IMG/VR virus record: IMGVR_UViG_3300028584_001237
DNA: 64,000 nt
Origin: a virus
Direction: 5' to 3' (one strand)
The position numbers and the translations under genes are program-made. Below are positions 30,173 through 39,570 of this stretch, piece after piece; positions within the stretch are counted from its first letter, which is position 1; every line of letters begins with the position of its first letter. The notes beneath the pieces were generated by a model. That model searched no databases. It was not told where the DNA came from and saw nothing but the letters and a program-made list of their open reading frames with translations.

Positions 30173-31129
30173 CTACGATTGTTTTTTGAAAGTGCTTATT
30201 ACCTGAATTTTCTGTTTAGGTTTTGTTGGCTTGAAATCCAATTTATGTTCAACCATGTGATTAAGCACATCCATTGTGTAAGCTGAGTCATTACCAGCCA
30301 CATGGAGATAGGTGTAAGGAATAGCAAATGTCCTGAGTGCTGTTCGAAGAGACGCCGTTTCATTTTTAATATGGTCACTGTTCAAAAAATGAAATTCGTT
30401 TTTCGTCACATTAGCGGTGTCGATAAATTTGACATTTTCAAAAAAAGATTCATCAATACCCAGATGTTTAAACACTTTAAATTCACTCTGAATATTATGA
30501 CCAATCAAATAGTCAACACCAAAAAAGTGTTCTTCAAAGATACTTAATATGGACGATTTGTCTACATTGATAGTTTTACCAAAATTGAAATTTTCTTTTG
30601 TAGTGTTGACAAAAGAATAATTGAAACATGCTCTCATGCCATTAATCTCAATAGTGATTCCCATTTCCACAGGCTCAACATCATTACCCATTGGGATGAA
30701 TTCAAAATCAACAGCCATCAATTTCTTATTTACAAAATTCGTAGGCAACGGTTGATTTAACAATGACATTTTTGCAGAACGCTGTTTGTTTTTTTCAATG
30801 TTAACAACTTTTCGACGGTCTTCAAACTCTCGTAGCTGTTCAACACTATCAATAGAAAATGAATCTTCACAACAAGGTACATGACATTTTGCGTAAATCG
30901 CAGGTTTTGCCTTCAAGCCAAAATGCTTGCGGAGTTCTAACAGGTAATTCATGAAGGTTTCTTGATCAATATAGATTGCAGAATCATGCGTATACAACTT
31001 TTGAAATAGACCTATTTCAATAAGGTTTTCAGCCAACATGAATTTTTGAATATCTATTCTGCGGTCAATTTGATCAGCAGAAATTCGATTTAAAGTAACA
31101 CCACGAATTTTGTCAATGTGATAGTACAT
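30173..31129 (-). CDS. DEDDh (DnaQ-like) 3'-5' exonuclease
   Basis: ExoI AVDFEF, ExoII IGHNIQSE, ExoIII HVAGNDS. Confidence 0.8.
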   Translation of the reverse strand: MYYHIDKIRGVTLNRISADQIDRRIDIQKFMLAENLIEIGLFQKLYTHDSAIYIDQETFMNYLLELRKHFGLKAKPAIYAKCHVPCCEDSFSIDSVEQLREFEDRRKVVNIEKNKQRSAKMSLLNQPLPTNFVNKKLMAVDFEFIPMGNDVEPVEMGITIEINGMRACFNYSFVNTTKENFNFGKTINVDKSSILSIFEEHFFGVDYLIGHNIQSEFKVFKHLGIDESFFENVKFIDTANVTKNEFHFLNSDHIKNETASLRTALRTFAIPYTYLHVAGNDSAYTMDVLNHMVEHKLDFKPTKPKQKIQVISTFKKQS

Positions 31130-31228
31130 GAAAAAACCTCATTTACTCAAAGATAGCCAATTATATCATGACAGCAGGAAAAAGAAAAGAAAAAAGCCTC
31201 CGAAGAGGCTTTTGAATAACAAACAAAC

Positions 31229-31366
31229 TTATTTTTTAATCAGTTTACTCAAATGAGCGTCAATATTTTCGATGACCAATACAGCATCAACAGAACGAAC
31301 AATTTTAGTGGCACCAACTGCTGCCGTTCCAAAAACCATCTTGTCTTGTTTACGTTTAGTTTTCAT
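31229..31366 (-). CDS. 45-aa hypothetical protein (MKTKRKQDKMVFG...)
   Basis: manually translated; GGAG SD; followed by terminator near 31190-31213. Confidence 0.65.
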   Translation of the reverse strand: MKTKRKQDKMVFGTAAVGATKIVRSVDAVLVIENIDAHLSKLIKK

Positions 31367-31438
31367 GAATTTCTCCAAAAATGATAGTGCAGTGATTGAA
31401 CAGCTATTATACTACAACACAGGTCTTCAAACAAGCGA

Positions 31439-31762
31439 TTATGCAAAAAGTTCATCAACGAAGCTTGGAAACCACTCAGGATGCTCATCAGTGGTACCAT
31501 AAAAAGCAAAGTGGATTTCAGTATGCAAGCCCATAACATACTCACCATCCTTGTAACCCGTAAATTCTTGACCAACCGCATTACGAGCTTCAGCCAGCAT
31601 TTCTTGAACAGTGCTAGTAGACTGAGCACTGATAGCCAGTTGGGTAGGATGACCACGGAAAGAGTGTAGATTTCCTAAAGAGCGAGAAATGACCTTTTTT
31701 TGATCAACAGATTCCAGCAGTTTAATAAAGGAACCAAGAGTAATGGTAGACATAGTTAACAC
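31439..31762 (-). CDS. hypothetical phage protein
   Basis: 107 aa; SFRG..QLA / FTGYKDGEY.M motifs common in phage proteins. Confidence 0.75.
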   Translation of the reverse strand: MLTMSTITLGSFIKLLESVDQKKVISRSLGNLHSFRGHPTQLAISAQSTSTVQEMLAEARNAVGQEFTGYKDGEYVMGLHTEIHFAFYGTTDEHPEWFPSFVDELFA

Positions 31763-31837
31763 CTCAAATCATGTAATTGGATGCGTGAATTATACTACTA
31801 TTCTCTTGGCTTTACAACCATATTCTTTAGTCTGAAA

Positions 31838-32218
31838 TTAAGATTTGTAAACATACTCATATTTAGCTCTATCATCATGACTTTTATACTTGATAAAAAG
31901 TTCCATTTTATCATTTTCGCCATAAACTAATTTATCATTAATAAATAATTTAATAGTGTCATTAGGTTGTTGATGGACACTAGCACGTTTAGCTCGGTAT
32001 GCAATAGACAATTTATCAGTTGGGTTCAATTGTATATCATTAGGAAGTTTTAATTGATAACTCTTAACACCCAAATCATTAGCAGTGCTATAATATAAAG
32101 AACCATTTTCATAAGTATAATTCTGTATTTGCTCAATATCATCAGTAGTATAGTAATAATAAAGAAAACCTAGTAAAGATAGAACAAAAAAAATATATAA
32201 AGCATGTGGTAATCGCAT
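31838..32218 (-). CDS. membrane-anchored protein
   Basis: N-terminal TM helix. Confidence 0.75.
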   Translation of the reverse strand: MRLPHALYIFFVLSLLGFLYYYYTTDDIEQIQNYTYENGSLYYSTANDLGVKSYQLKLPNDIQLNPTDKLSIAYRAKRASVHQQPNDTIKLFINDKLVYGENDKMELFIKYKSHDDRAKYEYVYKS

Positions 32219-32345
32219 AAAATAATCTCCATTTTAAGAAAATACATTACATGAGAAAAGAAAAAAGTCAAATATTGTGCGTGTAAAAAAAATTGATTTA
32301 TTTCTTTAAATAAAGTATAATTTTAAAAGACTATTGAGGTGATTT

Positions 32346-32897
32346 ATGGGAACAAGACATCTGGTGTGTGTTAAATTAAATGGTGACTATAAGGTTTCAC
32401 AATATGGAAGCATGGGTGGTCAACCACAAGCCGCTGGGGTAGGTTGTTTAAACCATCTTAAAGAAATACTGGTAGATGTTGAGCGATTTAAACGTCAACT
32501 GGATTGGGTTCAACTGGTTCAGTTCGAAGATAACAGTCCCTATGACGAAGGTGTGCAAGTCGTTATACCAGCCCATACAACCTTAAACGTAATCAACAAT
32601 ACAGAGAAAACGATTAAATTTTATCCAAGTATCGAATATGCGGGTGAATATTCCTGTGATTGGGTCTATGTGATTGACTTAGATGACCACTCATTCAAAG
32701 TTTACAAAGGCAAAAACAAAGATAAAAGTAAAGAAGAAAAAGACTTTGCCCAATACATACCAGAAAAAAATCTTGGGTACAGAGCGGTAGCATTGTTGAA
32801 TAAATATGATTTAGACAAATTGCCAACTGTTGATGAGTTCAAAAACTATTATGATAATCTCGAAAGAGAAGAAGATGAACGCTTAAATGCCAAATAA
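32346..32897 (+). CDS. conserved phage hypothetical protein (MGTRHL...YKV.QYG family)
   Basis: recalled N-terminal motif; EWVYVIDLD-like C-terminal motif; GAGG SD. Confidence 0.7.
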   Translation: MGTRHLVCVKLNGDYKVSQYGSMGGQPQAAGVGCLNHLKEILVDVERFKRQLDWVQLVQFEDNSPYDEGVQVVIPAHTTLNVINNTEKTIKFYPSIEYAGEYSCDWVYVIDLDDHSFKVYKGKNKDKSKEEKDFAQYIPEKNLGYRAVALLNKYDLDKLPTVDEFKNYYDNLEREEDERLNAK

Positions 32898-32938
32898 GAA
32901 AAAGAGCCAATAGGCTCTTTTTTTGTAATCAACTGACC

Positions 32939-33469
32939 TTAATCGTCACACCGATCTCGATCTCTGCTGGATGAACTCGAAGAACAACTGTCAGATGAAA
33001 CATAAACAATATCAGTGTTCACGTCATAATTTCGACGGCGTTCAGAGTGTCCAGAGCCTGATTTTTCATAATCGGACGATCCACCACTTCCACTACCTGA
33101 ACGAACAACAATCGGGCCGATTGTATTGCGAGCCGTCTGAATATCTTTTATCAGTTTTTCTCGTTTAAGAAGTTTTCGGTAAACTTCCTTAACTGTTTTA
33201 TGAAGATGTTTGAAAGAACCATCATCCATTATCTCACCATTAAAGGTCACTAAACCAGTAGTTGATAGATAGGTTATAACATATGGGTCAACTGAATGGA
33301 AACTTTGAAATGGTCCTTCAATAGTCAGCAGATTGTCATGCAATGTATATTGAAATTCAAGGCTAGGCATATGACTATGGCTATCAGAAAAATCAATACT
33401 CCGGCAGATAACTTTTAATTCATCTCGAATCTCATAATTTCGTCTGAATCCACTTAACATTTTAAACAT
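32939..33469 (-). CDS. hypothetical protein with Ser/Gly/Arg low-complexity tail
   Basis: ends SGSGSGGSSD...SSDSCSSSSSSRDRDRCDD. Confidence 0.8.
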   Translation of the reverse strand: MFKMLSGFRRNYEIRDELKVICRSIDFSDSHSHMPSLEFQYTLHDNLLTIEGPFQSFHSVDPYVITYLSTTGLVTFNGEIMDDGSFKHLHKTVKEVYRKLLKREKLIKDIQTARNTIGPIVVRSGSGSGGSSDYEKSGSGHSERRRNYDVNTDIVYVSSDSCSSSSSSRDRDRCDD

Positions 33470-33492
33470 GAAAGTTCTCCTAAGTTAAATGG

Positions 33493-33544
33493 ATTATACC
33501 ACCCACTTAGAAAAAATACAATAAAAAACCCGCATCTGCGGGTC
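33493..33544 (-). promoter_or_regulatory. terminator-promoter cassette (TTGTAT-N17-TATAAT)
   Basis: read directly. Confidence 0.85.
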
Positions 33545-33563
33545 TTAGTTAACGCGGATTAAA

Positions 33564-34445
33564 TCAGTCATCATAATGAACAGTGCTAACACCGGGAACA
33601 TAGGCAACATCATCCACATCGTCTTTGTCCATGTTATAGACAGAAACCCCATTAACATTACGACCCGGCTTATAACCAGATTGTTTGTAGATGGTATCCA
33701 TCAAGTCAGTCCACTTTTCGAGGCTAACAGTAGACGCCATACAGCTACTCAAATAACGACCAGAAAATGTAAGCCAACCAATGAACTCGTCTTTCCAAAA
33801 TACCAATGTTTGAGTGTTGCCATGTTTATCATCATCGCAGGTGTCATGCCACACTTCACGCAATTCAAGACCCACTGGTTTATTGCTGTCTTCATTGAAG
33901 TAATGATTGAAATCAAAACTTTCGTTAGTGCCTTCTTGATAAGCGTAAGAATCAAGACTGAAGTATTCAAGGAAAGGATCACAAAGAACACTAAACGAGT
34001 CTTCACCCAGTTTAGGAGCATCAATCAACTCGGCCCATGTCACTTTACGAACAGGGATTGGTTCAATTTCACTGGTCGGAATAGCAACGGTTTCAGTGAT
34101 AGCAAAGTCACGGCTTACTTTCAAGCAGTCTTGCCCACGCCGAATTTGTTTCATTGCTTCTGGCATAGTCTCTTTGTCATCTTTCTGATAAATGACAAAA
34201 GTGTTGGCAAAACCAACAAGAAGTTGCATTTTTTCAGGCTCTGTATCGTCAACAGTAAATGGATAAACCAAAAGATGCGAATATTCTTTAAGGTTGTTAT
34301 TGAAATGCTTGATTGTATCATGACTACTTTTTTCAATCATGAGTTCACGATACCCTTTGATAAAATCAGTCACAAACGCTTTGTTATCCATTGTCAACTC
34401 CCGTAAAATTTGAACGATTATAGCATGATAAGAAGGTTCTTTCAA
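33564..34445 (-). CDS. hypothetical protein
   Basis: 293 aa ORF; start uncertain. Confidence 0.8.
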   Translation of the reverse strand: MKEPSYHAIIVQILRELTMDNKAFVTDFIKGYRELMIEKSSHDTIKHFNNNLKEYSHLLVYPFTVDDTEPEKMQLLVGFANTFVIYQKDDKETMPEAMKQIRRGQDCLKVSRDFAITETVAIPTSEIEPIPVRKVTWAELIDAPKLGEDSFSVLCDPFLEYFSLDSYAYQEGTNESFDFNHYFNEDSNKPVGLELREVWHDTCDDDKHGNTQTLVFWKDEFIGWLTFSGRYLSSCMASTVSLEKWTDLMDTIYKQSGYKPGRNVNGVSVYNMDKDDVDDVAYVPGVSTVHYDD

Positions 34446-34490
34446 TAAAAATAAAAAGGCTACTTCGTGTAGCCTTCATGACAAATAAAC

Positions 34491-34760
34491 TTAAATGTCA
34501 TTCATTCTGTCAAAAACTCGCTGGTCAATATCGCCAAACCGTTCTTGAGTGATTTTGTTCACCAGATAGCTAAACAAACGCTTAGGCATGTCATAACCTT
34601 CAACTTTCGCAACACGCTTGCAATCAAGACACATAAAGCAAGCATGTGGAGGATACGTGTTGGACTCTTTGAAATCTTTCATGTTTTCTGTGCGATGAAT
34701 GCTACCACAATGGTTGCATTTGACTTCCATCACTTCATTGCTAACAAGTTCCATAATCAA
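34491..34760 (-). CDS. zinc-ribbon protein
   Basis: CNHC...CLDC. Confidence 0.75.
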   Translation of the reverse strand: MIMELVSNEVMEVKCNHCGSIHRTENMKDFKESNTYPPHACFMCLDCKRVAKVEGYDMPKRLFSYLVNKITQERFGDIDQRVFDRMNDI

Positions 34761-35203
34761 GCTCCAATAGGTTGGTCAGGATACAGCTCATTGTGAAATT
34801 TCGAAAAAGCAGCAGCACCTGCCACACGGCGATGCTCAGCATGTTTTTCAAAGATAGGCAGTGCTTTGCCAAAGGCTTCAACTATATGCCAACCATAGGT
34901 TTGTTCTTCTTCAAAGAAATAGTAGCAATCTTCTGGCGAACTGTTGATGTTGAGCTTAATAAGGTCAAGAACACCAGCCGACAAGCTGAGAGGGTTTCCA
35001 AACTTCGAAGAATGAAAAGAAACTACCAGTTCGCCATGAAAATTACAACTGGACGCACCATAAGAATCACCACGTTCATGAGATTTTTCTTCAATGTCGA
35101 GGCATTGAGCCAAGCAGGCTTCAATAGCAGACTTAACAGGCACGTAGGAGACATGGTTTTCATTAAGCTTGATGTTATAGCGTGTGCAAACTGACTGGCC
35201 CAT
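34757..35203 (-). CDS. hypothetical protein
   Basis: ATG 35203 after GAGG. Confidence 0.8.
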   Translation of the reverse strand: MGQSVCTRYNIKLNENHVSYVPVKSAIEACLAQCLDIEEKSHERGDSYGASSCNFHGELVVSFHSSKFGNPLSLSAGVLDLIKLNINSSPEDCYYFFEEEQTYGWHIVEAFGKALPIFEKHAEHRRVAGAAAFSKFHNELYPDQPIGA

Positions 35204-35398
35204 AAGGAAACCTCTTTTTGAAAGTGATGTGATTATAGCAAAAACACAAAAATAAAGCAATAAAAAAAATAGATTAAGAAATTGTAGTCAGCAAATATGC
35301 CTTTAAAAAGAATGATGTATAGGTAATAACCAATTCATATTTAAACTTTATTATTTTGGTATTTATGCTAAAATATATAAAAAAATACAGAGAACATT

Positions 35399-37258
35399 AT
35401 GGTAAACAAGGAAATATTAGGTTTTGGCATGTTACACTCTTTCATAGTGGGACAACACTACCCAAGACCAAACAATATAATTGTAGAAGGCGAAACCACA
35501 AGAAAAAAATCGGATAGGTTACAAATTAACTTGAATTCGATTTCATTAAAGTTAAACTCATTAAATAATGTTTCGCATACAATAAACTCATTAGTAAAAC
35601 TAACAGAAACAGGCAAGATTACAGCAGAAGTTTCAGATCTTATGGCTATTGGAACAGATATTCACTGGATGTTAAGCCGACAAAATGATGTCATCAAACA
35701 GCTAAATATGATACAACCTATGATGAAACAAATTCTTGAAGACTTAAAGCAGCACGATCAAAAAGATTACATATCTGAAGAAATAATCAATTTAGAAAAA
35801 CTAATTAAAAATTTTAGTACCGATCCATTTATTTCAAACATTAATGAATCCTTTAAGAAAGAAAGCGATTTCTTAAACCAAGTGGATTTTGTGGCTGATC
35901 GTGCTGGTAGAGAAATAAAAAACCTTAATAGATCAAGCCACGCTTACATAAACCTAGAAATAGCCAGTAATCCTAGCTTAAAAAATTTGGAAATTAAACT
36001 AACTGAATTAAGAGAACAATTTCCAGAGCTTTTGAAGTACAAAGAAAAAGACTCTGAAATTATGGACTTAACTGGCGTAAAAAAATATATTTCAGATTTT
36101 GAAACTATCTCGATAAGTGCGTATAAAAAAATGATAGCAAATGGATTAAGCTTCTGTCAGGCTGATAATTTCGTAAGATATGAGAACAATAAAAACTCAA
36201 CTATTAAGGATTTCGTAAAAAACTTAGAAAATAAAGATTTTAATATAATGTTTGATAAAGAGATAGTAGGTTCTTATGACAGAGTGATAAGTTTTCATGA
36301 TGATTCAATAGTGTTCAGAAAGAAAGATGGTACCTATGTGCCTATTTATGATATAAAAGAAGTTCAAGATATTCACAATCAAATAATAAAAGATTCAATA
36401 AGAATTGAATTTAATAAAAACCCACAAATTGCTAAAAATTTCATCGAGATTGCAACTAGAAATAATTTCAGTAATGTTCGTGATTTAGAAATCGCCATGA
36501 ATACTTACAAATCAAACATGGACATTTTAAAAATGTATAAAATCGATCCGTTAGAAACCTATTTAGAAAAGTCAGCCACAGCTAATAAGTTTCGAGACAT
36601 TGAAGTTGTAGACGACTATTTAAACAAAGTAGTTAAGGAACATAAAATAAAACAGTATGCTCATAGTATATCGAGCAATAAGTATGAACATCTTTACAAT
36701 GAAGAGACTTATTCTATTGCAGGACTGCTATATGAAACGACAACAAAAGAATTTTTACAGGAATATATAGGTAAAAAAATTGCAGCCTTTAAAACGCCTA
36801 ATGATCTTAATGCAGCCTTAAAACAATTGTATAGTTCATTTAATGATTTCACTATGGAAGCGATTACATTAAAAGCAGAAAATAATAATGTCAGAATTGT
36901 TGTTGAAGCTGACGATTTACTTATTGTTGAAGTCATTGATTTTGAGCAAAGCAAAGTGATGGGAAGCCCTAGTTGGTGTATAGCCAGAGATGAATCATAT
37001 TTTAAAAGCTATACGGGTGATGGTAAGCAACAGTATTTCGTTTATGACTTTTTGAGAGAAGCTGAAGATGAATCTAGTATGATTGGAATTACACTGGATA
37101 ATGGGGAATGCTCTGCAGCCCATTACAAAGATGATGAGCCAGTTGATACGAAGGATTCAGATCTTAGAGAGTATATCGAACTCATCAACGACACCGAAGT
37201 AAAATTGATAGCTGATGCTAAAAATGATAAAGTTAAAAAACAAAACTTTACACTATAA
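35399..37258 (+). CDS. 619 aa PcfJ-like domain protein, third stand-alone paralog
   Basis: KIKQYAHSI.S.KY.HL.N.ET, IGKKIAA, MGSPSWCIARD; ends KVKKQNFTL. Confidence 0.7.
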   Translation: MVNKEILGFGMLHSFIVGQHYPRPNNIIVEGETTRKKSDRLQINLNSISLKLNSLNNVSHTINSLVKLTETGKITAEVSDLMAIGTDIHWMLSRQNDVIKQLNMIQPMMKQILEDLKQHDQKDYISEEIINLEKLIKNFSTDPFISNINESFKKESDFLNQVDFVADRAGREIKNLNRSSHAYINLEIASNPSLKNLEIKLTELREQFPELLKYKEKDSEIMDLTGVKKYISDFETISISAYKKMIANGLSFCQADNFVRYENNKNSTIKDFVKNLENKDFNIMFDKEIVGSYDRVISFHDDSIVFRKKDGTYVPIYDIKEVQDIHNQIIKDSIRIEFNKNPQIAKNFIEIATRNNFSNVRDLEIAMNTYKSNMDILKMYKIDPLETYLEKSATANKFRDIEVVDDYLNKVVKEHKIKQYAHSISSNKYEHLYNEETYSIAGLLYETTTKEFLQEYIGKKIAAFKTPNDLNAALKQLYSSFNDFTMEAITLKAENNNVRIVVEADDLLIVEVIDFEQSKVMGSPSWCIARDESYFKSYTGDGKQQYFVYDFLREAEDESSMIGITLDNGECSAAHYKDDEPVDTKDSDLREYIELINDTEVKLIADAKNDKVKKQNFTL

Positions 37259-37350
37259 GAAGACTCTTCGAGAGTCTTTTCTTTTTGAATATACTCGAAA
37301 AGTGAAGATAAAAAAAGGCCACCGAAGTGACCTTTATGGTTTAGAACAGT

Positions 37351-37377
37351 TTATAGACCATCGTATTCTTCATTCAT
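37351..37377 (-). CDS. 8-aa micro-ORF MNEEYDGL
   Basis: AAGGAG-N7-ATG...TAA just before terminator near 37313-37335. Confidence 0.35.
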   Translation of the reverse strand: MNEEYDGL

Positions 37378-37403
37378 GGAAAATCTCCTTATTCAATAAA
37401 CGC

Positions 37404-37736
37404 TTATTTCATGCCACTAACTTTAAAAGTACGGCGTTCTCGGGTCAACTTAACCTTGTAACGCTCATGATGGCACAGTGTTTTGTCCCAAGACAAGCCC
37501 AAATCACCTTCAACCATCAAATTATCGGGTTGATCGCCCACTCGTTGCCAACCATTAGCCGTAAGCACTGGGGTTTCATAAAAAGCCTGCCACTGACCAT
37601 TAGGTTGCTGAGCCACACAATGATGGTAGTAGTAAAGCCCGGTCAGAAAGACACCAGTAGCTTCAATTTCTTTTCGTTCTGACCCATTGGGTTGTTTGCA
37701 CGCATGGAGTGCTTTCATTTCAGCGTCTGTTTGCAA
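37404..37736 (-). CDS. hypothetical protein
   Basis: TTG 37736 (GGAGG SD) or ATG 37718. Confidence 0.75.
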   Translation of the reverse strand: MQTDAEMKALHACKQPNGSERKEIEATGVFLTGLYYYHHCVAQQPNGQWQAFYETPVLTANGWQRVGDQPDNLMVEGDLGLSWDKTLCHHERYKVKLTRERRTFKVSGMK

Positions 37737-37737
37737 T

Positions 37738-38214
37738 TTAAGCCTCCGAAGGCACAGAAAATTTCGGGTTGGAAAATTTTGTGTCTTTTTTTGCTTTGGT
37801 GGTATCAAAGTCCATGAAACCATACGGCCATTTTACAAGAAAACCTTTCGGATCATAAGTCGATTCAAACTGAATGGACTGGTTGTCGTCAGACATGACA
37901 AACACTCGAACATCTTCTGCCTTAATATCACCGGAGTGAATAAGATGACCAACCAAGTTGAGCGGCACTTCGGAATGAGTCGAGATATTTAGATCCCAAC
38001 TACCAGCACAATGTTTAATATCTTCCAAAACCTTTTCAGCAATTTTTTGTGGATGAAGATTTTTCTCAATCAAATGACGATGGGTAGCATTAACCCAATA
38101 GTGGACTACACCGGGTGCGATGTGTTCAGTACCTTCAAAACCTTGTGGGCCACCACCACATTGGAATTTCAGGTCTTGAATGTTCAAGCCGACAAACAGA
38201 TTGATTTTAGACAT
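37738..38214 (-). CDS. stand-alone C-terminal half of an AAA_15/AAA_21-type ABC ATPase with DUF3696-like tail
   Basis: EGTEHIAP (~EQPE.HLHP), ISTHSE H-loop, D..G.LVKWP.GFMD; no Walker A. Confidence 0.55.
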   Translation of the reverse strand: MSKINLFVGLNIQDLKFQCGGGPQGFEGTEHIAPGVVHYWVNATHRHLIEKNLHPQKIAEKVLEDIKHCAGSWDLNISTHSEVPLNLVGHLIHSGDIKAEDVRVFVMSDDNQSIQFESTYDPKGFLVKWPYGFMDFDTTKAKKDTKFSNPKFSVPSEA

Positions 38215-38315
38215 TGTATTACTCCAAAGAATTTTGTTTAGATGGTGAGTATATCAAAATAACCTAGTCTATACAAGGAAATAATGATTACTCGCCATCA
38301 ACAGGAGTGAAATAA

Positions 38316-38501
38316 TTAACGAACGTGCTTAGTAACCACTGTGTAGCAACGCTGAATAATTCGATGGGTTTCTTGAGGCTTTTTGTTGTCTAGTCGGCGT
38401 TTCTTAATGCGAGCTTTTGCTCGGGTGGGGGCTTCGGCCAAAACGACTGATTGATCAAGGCCACTCACGATGTCATATTCATAATGCACATTTTTTCGCA
38501 T
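38316..38501 (-). CDS. small basic protein
   Basis: 61 aa, AGGAG SD, own promoter. Confidence 0.7.
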   Translation of the reverse strand: MRKNVHYEYDIVSGLDQSVVLAEAPTRAKARIKKRRLDNKKPQETHRIIQRCYTVVTKHVR

Positions 38502-38633
38502 GTCGATTTCTCCTATAGAAAATTGAACCTTATAATATCATATAATCAAGGAAAATAACATCACCATTGGTCTAATTGAAAAATAAAAGACAATAAAAAA
38601 CCTACCGAAGTAGGCTTTTTTATTAATCAATTA

Positions 38634-39083
38634 TCAATCAAGAAGACGCTCTACATTCGCATACGCTTCTTTAATTGCCTCCTTGGAAATCCATTTATCG
38701 TCTGTAAAACGAATAGGTTTCTGGTGGTAGAAGACGGCAACTTCATGAGCATCAAACAACACTTGTTCCAATGATTCAGACTCAAAAGGGTAAGAAATAT
38801 CGCCATGATTGTTTTTAACAGCCGTCAAGAAAAAGACACCGTTACTGCATTTATTGACCGCCACCGAAACGCTGGTGATGTAGGTAAGCTTTTTAATGTC
38901 AATAAAGCTGACCCATTGAACCCTCACAACCTGTTCGCTGAATTTACCTTTCTTGTCACGGTAAACAACTTTAGTCAGGATGGCATGGTTGCCAAGACGA
39001 TCATAAAAATCAACTTCGGTGCGAAACACTTCTTCCAGCTTTGGTTTGGTCTGAACAGCAGCTTCGTTAGGTTGAGTAGACAT
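38634..39083 (-). CDS. hypothetical protein
   Basis: 149 aa, GAGG SD. Confidence 0.8.
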   Translation of the reverse strand: MSTQPNEAAVQTKPKLEEVFRTEVDFYDRLGNHAILTKVVYRDKKGKFSEQVVRVQWVSFIDIKKLTYITSVSVAVNKCSNGVFFLTAVKNNHGDISYPFESESLEQVLFDAHEVAVFYHQKPIRFTDDKWISKEAIKEAYANVERLLD

Positions 39084-39157
39084 GTTTGATCCTCAATGCT
39101 CACTAAATTAAGGTGGTCATTATAACATGAATCCATCTTCTTAACAATTAATAAAAG

Positions 39158-39508
39158 CTACTTTTGGTTCAAAGCTTCACACCAAACTGAATAAATACCA
39201 CGGCCCAGCCATGATAGGCCATCAGGACCAAGATCACGATTTCTAACGGGAATTTTTACTGCTGCAGCGAATTCAAGAAACACAGCTTTATCAGTGTTTT
39301 GAGCACGAAGTGCAGCCAGCCAAAATTGGAAGATTTCAGCTCCAAACATACTCAGACCATTACCTGACACGATATCGGTTGGTTTCAAGTTCGATTCCAC
39401 ACTATCTTGCTTAACAATGAAGGTTTTGTATTTTTCAACCTCGATCAAAAGCTTACACAGATCAGCACTGTTACTTGAAAATTTAGAAAAATCATACGGT
39501 TCTGACAT
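39158..39508 (-). CDS. hypothetical protein
   Basis: 116 aa, GAGG SD. Confidence 0.8.
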   Translation of the reverse strand: MSEPYDFSKFSSNSADLCKLLIEVEKYKTFIVKQDSVESNLKPTDIVSGNGLSMFGAEIFQFWLAALRAQNTDKAVFLEFAAAVKIPVRNRDLGPDGLSWLGRGIYSVWCEALNQK

Positions 39509-39570
39509 TTTAATATCCTCAAAAATCTACCACTAGAAACCATAATTATAACACAATCATCACGACCAAT

